This document shows, one piece after another, positions 9,521-20,200 of a DNA stretch of 48,840 bases. A program made the translations under genes and the position numbers. The notes beneath the pieces are model-generated. The model saw only the letters and a list, made by a program, of their open reading frames with translations. It did no database searches and was not told the DNA's origin. The stretch is from Flavobacteriales bacterium (GTDB lineage Bacteria > Bacteroidota > Bacteroidia > Flavobacteriales > BACL11): the NCBI GenBank assembly GCA_002712715.1, contig PAUF01000016.1:68-48907 (forward strand). The letters run 5' to 3'. Positions within the stretch are counted from its first letter, which is position 1. The number at the start of each line of letters is the position of its first letter.

Positions 9521-12022
9521 ATGAAAAAGATTATAATAATATGTTTAATGTTTTTATTTCTAGTAAGTTCAAAATCTCAAGACTTATTTGAGCCATATAA
9601 GAACTTCACACCTTCAAGTAAAAGTTTAGATTTTGCTGATGTTAAACCATCTGATATTCCTTCAGAGCAAGTATTAAGAAAAATGGGTTTTACCAATGAA
9701 GAAATACTCGAAGCATTATCATTTAAATACCAGACTGGTAAGTATAATTCATTAAATGATTCATTAAAGAATATTGAGTCTTCTTCTGAAACATTCATGA
9801 ATAAAATGGATATAAAAAATGTTGATGATAACGATTCTATATCTTTTCCTCAAGCAAAAATTTATGGTCAAGATCTTTTTAGAAATAATAATCTTGATTA
9901 TTTTTTAAAAGCAAATGATGCTAACCCACCAAATAATTATAAGCTTGGTTCAGGGGATCAATTAAATATAGCAGTATGGGGTAATTCTGATTATTCTCAA
10001 ATTTCTACAATTGATGAAAGAGGATATATTTCATTAGATGGATTTGGTCGTGTATATTTAAAGGGATTAACATTTAAAAATGCAAAATCTTTAATTCAGA
10101 AAAGATTAGGAATGGGAAGGTCTCAGATGGATATTACTATCATATATTCAAGAGTAATTACTGTTAATATAGTAGGAGAAGTTTATAGTCCAGGTTCATA
10201 TTCAATTCCTGCAATTAATACTGCATTTAATGCCTTAATTGCAGCGAATGGACCAACTCAGATTGGAAGTGTTCGAAATATTTTTATAAAGCGAAATGGT
10301 GAAATAGTAGATACATTAGATGTTTATAAGTTTTTATATGATCCATTAAAATCTAATGATATATTCCTTCAAGATGGTGACTACATTGTAGTTGCACCTG
10401 CTTCCAATTTAGTTGAATTAAAAGGGCAAGTGAATCGACCTTACACTTATGAAGTAACGCCTAAGGATATGGTTAGTGATTTGATTAAATTTTCAGGAGG
10501 ATATACGGATTTTGCATATTCAAAGGTGCTTACATTAAAGAGGTATAATCCAGAATTAAATAATTTTATAATTGACGATGTTCATGAGTCTGATATTGAG
10601 ATCACAAAACTTGATAATGTTCATGAGATTATGGTAAATAAAATTAGTGAAAAGATTAATAATTATGTGACTTTTGTTGGCTCGGGTGGGATTGAAGGTT
10701 CTTATGAATTTGTTAAAGGAGATAAAATACTAGATTTAATGATTACAGCTTCATGCATTGACTCTAAAGTAAATGATAATGATCGATTATTTGATATAGG
10801 ATACCTTCTCAGAATAAATAAAATTACTGGAGAAACTGACTACATAAAAATTAATATCACGGAATTGTTAGAAAGTAAAAAAGGAAATATTTTATTAGAA
10901 GAGTTTGATGTGTTGTATATTCAATCAAAAGAAGTAATAAATGATTTTTATATTGATATTTACGGATCTGTTCTTAATATAGGTAGGTACTCATATGGGG
11001 ATAGATTCATGTTACAAGATTTAATAAATCTATCTGGAGGTATTTTGTCTGAAGCTGCTGGAAGTAGAATTGAGGTAATTAGATTTACGGAAAAAATTGA
11101 TGGCTCATTTGTACCAGTAGAAAGGAATATGGCTATATCAGGAAAAATTAATAATAATTTATCATTGGATACATTGATTAAGAACTTTGTTTTATACCCT
11201 TTTGATCAAATATTTGTTAGAAAGAATCCCGCATATAAACAGCCTGCAAATATTTCTATTACTGGAGAAGTATATTATCCAGGTTCATATTCTTTATTAT
11301 CTGAAGGAGATAAATTGTCTTCTATTATTTCAAAGGCTGGTGGTTTAACTGATTATGCATTTATTGAAGGTGCCAGACTATATAGAGTTAATAAATTTGT
11401 TGAGAAGGAAGTAGATGGAGAAATGATATCTCCTGATTTTGCTAATGTGATTTTATCTCAACCTGAATTATTTAAAAGATATAGAAATAAGTTAGTTAAT
11501 AGTCAGTTGAATAGTATGACTTTAGAAAGTTCTGAAGTTACAGAATTAAGTATTGTTGCATTCGATCTAAATAAAGCCTTATCTTCTAAAAATTCAAAGC
11601 ATAATATTGTTTTGGAAGATGGAGATAGTATTGTTATTCCTAAATCTTCTAATATTGTATACATTACTGGAGAGTTAAATAATTATGAGGGTAGAGGTAT
11701 AAGTGCTCCTTATTTTACCTCTAAAAGAGCTAATTATTATATTAATAATTTTGCGGGCGGATATTCAAAACAAAGCGATAGATTTAATACTACCGTAACA
11801 TATCCAAATGGTTCAGTAAAAAAATCAATTAATTTCGGGATGTTTGCTCTGTCACCAAAAGTTACCGAAGGTTCAGTCATTAATCTTAAAAACATTGATG
11901 AAAAACCTAATAAAAGTATTATCCCCATAGATTGGAATGCGGCAATAGAAAATACTATGATTAAAGTTACAGGTATGCTGTCACTATATTTATTAATAGA
12001 TAGAATCAGAGGTTCTTATTAA
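9521..12022 (+). CDS. Polysaccharide export protein, KpsD/Wza-like with multiple SLBB domains
   Basis: Signal peptide; Poly_export motif (YKLGSGDQLNIAVWG...I.ERGYISL..FGRV); repeated G[EQ]V..PG.Y...AGG SLBB units; L.DGD.I. Confidence 0.85.
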   Translation: MKKIIIICLMFLFLVSSKSQDLFEPYKNFTPSSKSLDFADVKPSDIPSEQVLRKMGFTNEEILEALSFKYQTGKYNSLNDSLKNIESSSETFMNKMDIKNVDDNDSISFPQAKIYGQDLFRNNNLDYFLKANDANPPNNYKLGSGDQLNIAVWGNSDYSQISTIDERGYISLDGFGRVYLKGLTFKNAKSLIQKRLGMGRSQMDITIIYSRVITVNIVGEVYSPGSYSIPAINTAFNALIAANGPTQIGSVRNIFIKRNGEIVDTLDVYKFLYDPLKSNDIFLQDGDYIVVAPASNLVELKGQVNRPYTYEVTPKDMVSDLIKFSGGYTDFAYSKVLTLKRYNPELNNFIIDDVHESDIEITKLDNVHEIMVNKISEKINNYVTFVGSGGIEGSYEFVKGDKILDLMITASCIDSKVNDNDRLFDIGYLLRINKITGETDYIKINITELLESKKGNILLEEFDVLYIQSKEVINDFYIDIYGSVLNIGRYSYGDRFMLQDLINLSGGILSEAAGSRIEVIRFTEKIDGSFVPVERNMAISGKINNNLSLDTLIKNFVLYPFDQIFVRKNPAYKQPANISITGEVYYPGSYSLLSEGDKLSSIISKAGGLTDYAFIEGARLYRVNKFVEKEVDGEMISPDFANVILSQPELFKRYRNKLVNSQLNSMTLESSEVTELSIVAFDLNKALSSKNSKHNIVLEDGDSIVIPKSSNIVYITGELNNYEGRGISAPYFTSKRANYYINNFAGGYSKQSDRFNTTVTYPNGSVKKSINFGMFALSPKVTEGSVINLKNIDEKPNKSIIPIDWNAAIENTMIKVTGMLSLYLLIDRIRGSY

Positions 12023-12030
12023 GTATTTAT

Positions 12031-13047
12031 ATGAGTCAGGAAAAAAATAGTTTGAGCAATATAATAATCACTACAAATGAATACATCAAAAATTTAAAGA
12101 AAAATTTTCTTTCAATTTTTATTGTATTGTTTTTTAGTGCAGGTATTGGTTTAGTTTATTCATATTTTCTGGAAGATAAATTTGAGGCTAAGTATTCCTT
12201 CATGTTTGAAGAAGAGCAAAGTAATAAGTCTATAAGTCCCTATTTAGGCATAGTTAGCGATATGGGTATTGATATTGGAGGTGCTAACTCATCATTTTCG
12301 AGTCCATCTAATTTAATTCAACTTTTAAAATCTCAAATGATTTTATTACCAACATTGGAAAGAGATACTATTATTGATGGAATGAATGATAATTTGCTTA
12401 ATCATTATATTAGGATTGAAGGTCTTCCAAATATTCCAACTGAAATTAATGTTCAAAATAAGTATAAAAAAGATAGTATTTTTAAATTAATTCATGAAGA
12501 AATAACAGAACATCAACTTGATATATATTTTCAAAATCCTGATTCTGAAGTGTTAGAAATTTCATTCAAATTTAAAGACAAAAGATTTGCCGAGTACTTT
12601 ACTAATTTTTTAGTAGATGAGGTTCAAGAGAAATACACGCTAGTGAGAACTAAAAAAACTCGTGATCAATTAGAATCTTTAAAAAAAGTGAGAGATTCTA
12701 TTGCTAAACGATTGGATTTAGTTCAAAAAGAATATATGAGTTATGTTGACCAAAACACAAAAGTAGTGAGATTCTCAGCTAGAGTTAATGAGTTAAGATC
12801 GAAAATGGAAGTGGAAGACTTAGGTCAAGCTCTATTAGGATATAATAATCAAATAAGAATTATTGACTATAAATTACAAGATAAAAAACCTTTATTGTTT
12901 CCAATTGATAAGCCCCTGACACCATTAGAAAATATTAGAGGTTCGCATGTTTTTTGGATTTTTATATTTGTTTCTTTAGGATTATTTATAGTTTTATTTA
13001 TTCTATTAATAAGAATAACAGTCAATAAGGTATTAGTTAAGAAATAA
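12031..13047 (+). CDS. Polysaccharide co-polymerase/chain-length determinant (Wzz-like)
   Basis: Two terminal TM helices flanking a periplasmic coiled-coil region; Pro-rich IDKPLTP before TM2; no kinase domain; follows the export gene. Confidence 0.75.
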   Translation: MSQEKNSLSNIIITTNEYIKNLKKNFLSIFIVLFFSAGIGLVYSYFLEDKFEAKYSFMFEEEQSNKSISPYLGIVSDMGIDIGGANSSFSSPSNLIQLLKSQMILLPTLERDTIIDGMNDNLLNHYIRIEGLPNIPTEINVQNKYKKDSIFKLIHEEITEHQLDIYFQNPDSEVLEISFKFKDKRFAEYFTNFLVDEVQEKYTLVRTKKTRDQLESLKKVRDSIAKRLDLVQKEYMSYVDQNTKVVRFSARVNELRSKMEVEDLGQALLGYNNQIRIIDYKLQDKKPLLFPIDKPLTPLENIRGSHVFWIFIFVSLGLFIVLFILLIRITVNKVLVKK

Positions 13048-14355
13048 TTATAAATATTTAACTATATTTTCTAAATAAAGACCTCTAGATCCTTTTATTA
13101 AGATAGTTCTTTTTTTTAGATTATATTCGCTAATATTTTCAATTAAATCTGCTGTTGATAGGAAAATATTTTTCTTGATATTATTTATCTCCGTTTCATC
13201 AACTAAATCCAGATCATCATTGAACAAGTTAAGATATTCCTTGCCAATAAATATACTTTCCAGTCCACTTGTTTTCATTTTTTTAATCAACTTCAGGTGT
13301 TCTTTTTCAGAATAACTTCCTAATTCTCTCATTTCACCAAGGATACATATTTTCTTTTGTTTATCAAGTTTAATAAATGAATCTATCATTGAGTCCATGC
13401 TTGATGGATTTGCATTATATGCATCTAAAATTATATGATTATTTTTAGTTTCTATTAATTCGGTTCTATTATTTTTTGGAATATATGATTCAATAGATTT
13501 TTTTATATTTTCTAACGAAACATTATAGAAACTTCCAATACAAGAAGCCGCAACTATATTGTCATATTGAAATTTACCTACAAGATGAGATTCTATTGCA
13601 GTATCTTTTATTTTTATAGAAACAAGAGGAAAACTAGATGTTAATTTAGCTAAAAAATTTGATTTAGTCTCTTTTCCATATATGATTCTATTTTTCCTTC
13701 TACTTTTTTTAACAAGTAAATTATCATCACCGTTTACAAATTGAACACCATTATATTTCTTTAGAAAATCATATAATTCTGTTTTTGCTTTTATTACTCC
13801 TTCCAAACTTCCAAATCCTTCAAGATGTGCTTTTCCAATATTTGTTATTATTCCTGAAGTAGGTTTCGCAATTTCGCATAAATTTTTAATTTCTCCTATT
13901 CTATCTGCACCCATTTCAATTACCGCAATTTCATGATAGGAAGCAATCTCTAAAATACTTAATGGTAATCCAATTTGGCTATTTAAATTTCCTTTGGTCG
14001 CGTAAGTTTTATATTTTTTTGATAAAATTGTGTAGAGTAATTCTTTAGTAGTAGTCTTTCCATTTGTACCAGTAATTCCAATTAATGGAATGTTTATCTG
14101 GTTTCTATGGTACTTGGCTAATTCTTGTAAGGTTCTTTTAGTATCATTTACAAGTATTGTTTTTTGTGATAAGAATTTTTCATCATCTATGATAGCGTAT
14201 TTAGCTCCTTGGTGAATGGCAGCTTTTGCAAATTTATTTCCGTCATATATTTCTCCCTTTAAAGCGATAAAAATACAACCAGGAGTTATTTTTCTACTAT
14301 CAGTACAAATCTTAGGGTTCTCACAATATATTTTGTAAATTTCTTTTAAATTCAT
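13048..14355 (-). CDS. murF: UDP-N-acetylmuramoyl-tripeptide--D-Ala-D-Ala ligase
   Basis: DSRK, GITGTNGKTTTKE, GNLN, IEMGA, TNIGKAHLEGFGS, DAYNANPSSM, LGEMRELG, KGSRG. Confidence 0.96.
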   Translation of the reverse strand: MNLKEIYKIYCENPKICTDSRKITPGCIFIALKGEIYDGNKFAKAAIHQGAKYAIIDDEKFLSQKTILVNDTKRTLQELAKYHRNQINIPLIGITGTNGKTTTKELLYTILSKKYKTYATKGNLNSQIGLPLSILEIASYHEIAVIEMGADRIGEIKNLCEIAKPTSGIITNIGKAHLEGFGSLEGVIKAKTELYDFLKKYNGVQFVNGDDNLLVKKSRRKNRIIYGKETKSNFLAKLTSSFPLVSIKIKDTAIESHLVGKFQYDNIVAASCIGSFYNVSLENIKKSIESYIPKNNRTELIETKNNHIILDAYNANPSSMDSMIDSFIKLDKQKKICILGEMRELGSYSEKEHLKLIKKMKTSGLESIFIGKEYLNLFNDDLDLVDETEINNIKKNIFLSTADLIENISEYNLKKRTILIKGSRGLYLENIVKYL

Positions 14356-14358
14356 TCT

Positions 14359-14388
14359 AAAAAAAAAGCCCCATAAAAAAGGGGCTTT
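14359..14388 (-). terminator. Intrinsic terminator after gldJ
   Basis: On the minus strand: GCCCC stem, TTTTTTAT loop, GGGGC, then a 9-T tract (stem extendable by AAA/TTT). Confidence 0.75.
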
Positions 14389-14408
14389 AAATAAATTATT
14401 TGTTAAAA

Positions 14409-16079
14409 TTATTTTTTAGGTTTACTGTAATCAGAACCTCTTCTTTGGTTGGATTTTTCATTTGAAATAGGAGCTCCAACTCTATCCATAGCACATCTAA
14501 ATCCAATAGCATCAGTAGCTTGTGATTGGTCTAAGAACCTTCTTGTTCCAGGGTTTAACCAGTAAGCTCTGTCTTTCCATGATCCACCCTTGTATACTCG
14601 AGTTCTATCAGTAATTAATGTAGTATTCCCATAGTCATACATTTCATTAGAGTTTGAAACCGCATTTTTATCTTTATATTTTGCGGCATCATTGTTACGT
14701 TTGTCAATAACTACTTTGCTTTTATCAATATCTGATTCTTCGCTCGTTTCTTTGTCCCAATCTGTGCCTAATTGTGATTCTATATCGCCATCAAGAAAAT
14801 TAATATTATTTGCTTTTTTATAATTTCTACGGTATACATTATCATCTTCATCAGCTAAAGTTTCTTGAATATGACCTAAAGAATCAATTGTATATGGATT
14901 TTCTTGATTGGCTAATTTATCTTGATCTTTCTTTTTAGTTTTAAAAACAGTTCCCCTAAATGGTCTACTATCAGTAGTTGAATTTTGTTCAACTATTGGT
15001 CTATAAACATCAGCAACCCATTCAGAAACATTTCCTACCATATTATATAATCCATAATCATTTGGCCAGAATGATTTAACAGGGGCAGTTACATCTGCAT
15101 TATCATTAAGGCTACCAGCTACTCCCATATTGTCACCTCTTCCTCTTTTAAAGTTTGCAAGCATTTGACCCTGATTTTTCTTAGTACCATTCCTAAGGCT
15201 ATTTCCATTCCATGGGTATATTTTCCTTTCATTATGATTCTCACCAATATCATTTCCTACATACCCTAATGCTGCATACTCCCACTCAGCTTCTGTTGGT
15301 AGTCTATAATTTGGCACTAATAAACCGTCTTCCATATTTGTATATCTGCCTTCATCATCTGATTTTAGAACCATTTTATTTTGAATTCTCTTTTTTTGTT
15401 TTTCGGTAACAAAGTTTGCTAAATAATCTTCATCACCATGAAGATATCCATCTGTAGTGAATGGAACTTCAACACCTTCTCTATCTGGATGGTTAACTTC
15501 CATTAAGAGTCCAGCGTCAATTAATCTTCTTTCATTAACTCTGTCAGTTCTCCAAATACAGTAATTATTCGCTTGTTCCCATGAAATACCAACTACTGGA
15601 TAGTCTCTATAAGCTGGATGTCTTAAATAATTATCTACAAAAATTTCATTTTCTCCTAATTTATCTCTCCATACAAGAGTGTCAGGAAGTGCTGAGAGAT
15701 AAATTTCATCTCTTCTTTGACCAGTGAAATATGGACTGCTTTCATAAATGAAATATCTTTTTATCCAATTTAAGTATTCAAGATAATCTAAATTTGTAAC
15801 TTCTGTTTCATCAATGTAAAATGAAGAAACAGTAACTGTTTTTGATATATTGTTCCAGTCTCCCATGATATCTTCATCAACTCTTCCCATAGTAATTCTT
15901 CCCCCCTCAACAAACATCATACCTGGTGCTGGGGTTTGTTCCTTGTATACTTTTACGTCAAAACCGCCTTGTTTTCTATCATTAAAATTCCATCCAGTAG
16001 ACTCAGATTTTTCTCTAGAACAAGAGAATAGAACCATCAGACTTACGGTAACTAAAAATACCAAATTTTTATTAATCAT
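14409..16079 (-). CDS. gldJ: Gliding motility lipoprotein GldJ (SUMF1/FGE-sulfatase fold)
   Basis: Lipobox LFSC; STGWNFND; DETEVTN; ALPDTLVWR; YLRHPAY..YPVVGISW.QA..YC.WRTDRVNE; RLPTEAEWEYAA; GVAGSLND.ADVT; gldJ-murF adjacency. Confidence 0.88.
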   Translation of the reverse strand: MINKNLVFLVTVSLMVLFSCSREKSESTGWNFNDRKQGGFDVKVYKEQTPAPGMMFVEGGRITMGRVDEDIMGDWNNISKTVTVSSFYIDETEVTNLDYLEYLNWIKRYFIYESSPYFTGQRRDEIYLSALPDTLVWRDKLGENEIFVDNYLRHPAYRDYPVVGISWEQANNYCIWRTDRVNERRLIDAGLLMEVNHPDREGVEVPFTTDGYLHGDEDYLANFVTEKQKKRIQNKMVLKSDDEGRYTNMEDGLLVPNYRLPTEAEWEYAALGYVGNDIGENHNERKIYPWNGNSLRNGTKKNQGQMLANFKRGRGDNMGVAGSLNDNADVTAPVKSFWPNDYGLYNMVGNVSEWVADVYRPIVEQNSTTDSRPFRGTVFKTKKKDQDKLANQENPYTIDSLGHIQETLADEDDNVYRRNYKKANNINFLDGDIESQLGTDWDKETSEESDIDKSKVVIDKRNNDAAKYKDKNAVSNSNEMYDYGNTTLITDRTRVYKGGSWKDRAYWLNPGTRRFLDQSQATDAIGFRCAMDRVGAPISNEKSNQRRGSDYSKPKK

Positions 16080-16109
16080 ATTTTTTTGTTTTTATAATTA
16101 TTAAAATAA

Positions 16110-17099
16110 CTAAAATTGAGGACAGCTTATTGTATTAAATGACTTACTTCTTGATTTACATGGTAAGAATAGAGAAAAAGACAGCTCATGTGCTCCAAGA
16201 GTATTGCTGTTTTCTAAATTACTTACTGTTATATCATAACTATATCCGAATTTAAATTCATCCTGAACTAGACCAACCATTAAAATAAATGAATCAAAAT
16301 TCTTAACACTATGTCTTGCCCATAATCCTCCAACTATTGGACCATTGTTTAAATAAACACCATAATTAAATTGTTGAAAATCTTGTTGTTTTTGATATAA
16401 AAAGTTAGGAGATATAGTTGTTACACTATTTTTATATCTGTTAAGAGGGAATGTTCCTCCTAAGTGCGCAGTATATTTTCTTGGAAGATTACTTACACTA
16501 ATAAAACCCTGGTCTGGCTGTGTTAAGTGATGAGTTGCAAAACCAAAAAACATATTTTTTGTATAACCTAAAAGTCCTGCAGAAAAGTCAGGATAGGCTA
16601 CATTGTTAGGATTGTTTACAATATCTTCATTAGTAGTGTAAATGAATCCATATGTTTCGTCTATCATATCTCCAAAAGTAAGGTTGCTCCAATCAAGAGC
16701 TAGTGATCTATAAGAAGCTTCAAATCCAGCTTTAAGATCAAAGTCTCTATTTACTTCTAAATGATAGGAGTATATTAAAGATGCATTAAGAGTATTTAGA
16801 TTCCCACTTCCAGCTTGATCTTGATGAACAAGTAAACCTAATCCACCACCAATAGCGTCAACATGTAGATCATATGAAGCAGAGTATGTGACATAAGTTC
16901 TTCCAATACCTGGCCATTGATCTCTATAATGAAGTGATGCTGTTGGACAACCATCATTTTTAGCTCCAGCAAATGCGGGATTTAAATATAAATGATTAGC
17001 ATAAAATTGACTGAATGCGGGATCCTGAGCTTTTGATTCATTTGTTATAAATAGAATTGACGTAATTACTAGAGATAATCTCAATATATTTCTTAACAT
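16110..17099 (-). CDS. T9SS outer-membrane protein, PorP/SprF family
   Basis: QDP.FSQFY...LYLNPAFAG, YRDQWPG and FGYSYD....L.....GAHELS signatures. Confidence 0.93.
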   Translation of the reverse strand: MLRNILRLSLVITSILFITNESKAQDPAFSQFYANHLYLNPAFAGAKNDGCPTASLHYRDQWPGIGRTYVTYSASYDLHVDAIGGGLGLLVHQDQAGSGNLNTLNASLIYSYHLEVNRDFDLKAGFEASYRSLALDWSNLTFGDMIDETYGFIYTTNEDIVNNPNNVAYPDFSAGLLGYTKNMFFGFATHHLTQPDQGFISVSNLPRKYTAHLGGTFPLNRYKNSVTTISPNFLYQKQQDFQQFNYGVYLNNGPIVGGLWARHSVKNFDSFILMVGLVQDEFKFGYSYDITVSNLENSNTLGAHELSFSLFLPCKSRSKSFNTISCPQF

Positions 17100-17126
17100 T
17101 ACAATTTTAAATTAAAATTTGAAATA

Positions 17127-17134
17127 CAAATATA
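17127..17134 (-). promoter_or_regulatory. -7 promoter box (TATATTTG) for porP-gldJ
   Basis: TAnnTTTG match 27 nt upstream of the start at 17099. Confidence 0.65.
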
Positions 17135-17229
17135 TAAATTTTATTTATTCTTATCTTTAGGATCTGATAATATTTCTTTTTTTGTTGCGTTAGTTTTTAA
17201 ACTATTTGTAAATATTAATCTTTGTTTTA

Positions 17230-20200
17230 ATGAAATGGAATATACTTTTTTTCTTAGTTTTTTCTTTAATTATAGCTGAACTATATGCTCAAAGAGAAGT
17301 TGTTCTAGAATGGAATGATGATGAAAATGATCATAATTTTTGGTTTGAAGGAGCTGTGTTTCTAGAGAAATATAATGGTTTGCCAGTATATCAGGAGATT
17401 AAGACGCTAAGTGATGGGGTTGGATTTACAGTTGAAATTTTTGATATTGAATTTGAAGATGTTTCTAATTTAGAAAAAGAATATTTGAGCTTATTACATA
17501 AAAATAACGAAGTTGAGCATTCTTCTGATTTACTCACATCATCTATAGGAAATTATAACAGAATAATTATATTTCCATATATATCAATTGGAAATAATTA
17601 TAAAAGAATTAGTAAGTTTAAATTAACAACTAATACAAAATCCTCAAAAATTACAGAAAATTCTAACATAAATAAGATAAATTCTGAGTTAAATTCTGGT
17701 GATTGGTTTAAAGTTTCTGTTCAACAGAGTGGAGTATATTCTTTAAACGTTCAAGAATTAGAGATGTTAGGAATAAATACTAATTATCTTTCAATTAATT
17801 CTATACGGTTATTTGGTAATGGAGGAGGTATGTTGCCTTCACTTAATTCTCAATTTAGACACACAGATTTAATTGAAAACGCAATAGAAATTATTGATGA
17901 AAACAATAATGGATATTTTGACAACAATGATAGATTTTTATTTTATGCTGAGGATGTTGATAAATGGTATCATGATGATCAGAATTTAGGCACATACTAT
18001 CATGAAAAACATCTCTTTGAAGATGATAATTATTATTTTATAAAGATTAGTAGCTCAGGAAGTCCAAAAAGAATTAATTCATATGTTCCAAACTATAATA
18101 ATGATCTTAATTATTCAAATATATTTAATGACTATCAGTTTCATGAAGAAGAGTTAATTAATTTTATTCAGTCCGGTAAAAATTGGTACGGAGAAATATT
18201 CGATTTTAATCTTTACCAGGAATTTTCTTTTAATTTTCCTAATATTGTTAATGGATCTATTATTCATTTGGAATCTCGTGTTGCTGCTCGTTCTTTTGCT
18301 TCCTCATCATTTGACTTTACATATGATGGAAGTAATATAATGAATTTATCTCTTAACCCGGTAAGTTCAGGATTTGAAACAAATTATGCTTCTCTTGCTA
18401 ATAATTCATCATCTTTTACTGCTAATGACGATCAAATTAATATTGGAGTTAATTTTAATAGATTATCTTCTAGTCATAAAGGATGGTTAGATTTTATATC
18501 TCTTTCTGTAGAAAGGTATTTAAAATTTATTGGCAATCAAATGGAATTTAGAAAAACAATCAATTGCTTACAAGATCAATTATTTACTTTAGAGATCAGT
18601 GATTTTAGCGATGATTATTCTATATGGAATGTTTCTGAACCTACTAAAGTAATAAACCAGTTATTGACATCCGCTGGAAATGGAAAATACTTAATCAGTT
18701 ATGATGCAGATAGTGGTATATCTGATCAAAAATTTATTGCTTTTGATCGATCTCAGTTTCTTTCACCCAAATTAGAAGGTTCTGTAATAAATCAAAATTT
18801 ACATGGAGAAACAGATTTTGAAATGCTAATAGTTTCTCATGATAATTTTATTACTTCAGCGAATCAGTTATCAAATTTTCATTATATGAATAGTGGTAGA
18901 AAGTGTAAGGTTGTTACACCCGAGCAGATATATAACGAATTTTCCTCTGGAAAAAAGGATATTGCAGCGATACGAGATTATTGTAGATATTTACAAAAAA
19001 TTCCTAATAGCCAATTGAAATATCTTTTATTGCTTGGCGACGCTTCTTATGATCCTAAAGATCGAATTCCAAATAATACTAATTTTATTTTAACTTATCA
19101 ATCTGAGAATTCAATTAGCCCGTTGAATACTTATGCTACTGATGATTTTTTCGGTTTTCTTGATGATGATGAAGGGGTTTTTGCTAATGATTTGTTAGAT
19201 ATAGCTATTGGTAGATTGCCAGCAAAAACTCTTGAGGAAGCAAATAGTATGGTTAATAAGATTACTGAATACCATCAAAATTCTTCCAAAGGAGAATGGA
19301 GGAATATGACTTGTTTTATTGCAGATGATGGGGATACTGATGACGGTAATATTCATATGAATCAAGCAGAGAATTTATCTAATATTGTTGATGATAATTA
19401 TAATATTTATAATCTTAATAAAATATTCCTTGATGCATATATGCAAGAATCAACGCCCGTAGGTCCAAGAAGTCCAGATGCGAAACAGAGTATTAATAGG
19501 AGGATAGAAGAAGGAGCTCTGATAGTTAACTATACAGGCCATGGGGGAGAACTTGGATTAACTCAAGAAAGGATAATAGATATCGATCAAATAATTAATT
19601 GGGAGAATAAATTTAAACTTCCATTATTTATTACCGCAACATGTGAATTTGGTAGATTTGACAATCCAGATTTAATTTCTGGAGGTGAATATGTTATTTT
19701 AAATAATCAAGGAGGGGGTGTCGCTTTATTAACTACTACAAGATATGTATACTCTCATTTGAATTATACTCTAAATACTAATTTTATAAATACTGTTTTT
19801 GAAGATTTTAATGGAGAAAAACCTACACTTGGGGATATATTCTTACAGACCAAATCTATTAGTGGAACTTCTATTAATACAAATAAATTTATCCTTCTAG
19901 GAGATCCTATGATGAAATTATCTTATCCAGATTATCAAATAATAACAACTGAAATTACTGACACACTATCAGCTTTAGGAAAAGCATTTTTTTCAGGTCA
20001 AATTGTAAATATGATTGATTCAAGTTTAGTTGATAATTTTAATGGTATTGTCAATATTACTGTTTATGATAAGGAGAAGATAGTTACTACATTGGGTCAA
20101 GAATCTTCTACTCCAATGCCATATAGGCAACAGAACAATATTATTTATAAAGGAAAATCTACTGTAACTAATGGGCGTTTTACTTTTTCGTTTCTCGTTC

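Noticed and set aside
13040-13055. Zero-gap or overlapping convergent gene ends (wzz-like/murF, ispF/peroxiredoxin, ribF/pcrA)
   Set aside because: Consistent with general genome compaction; no specific mechanism is indicated.
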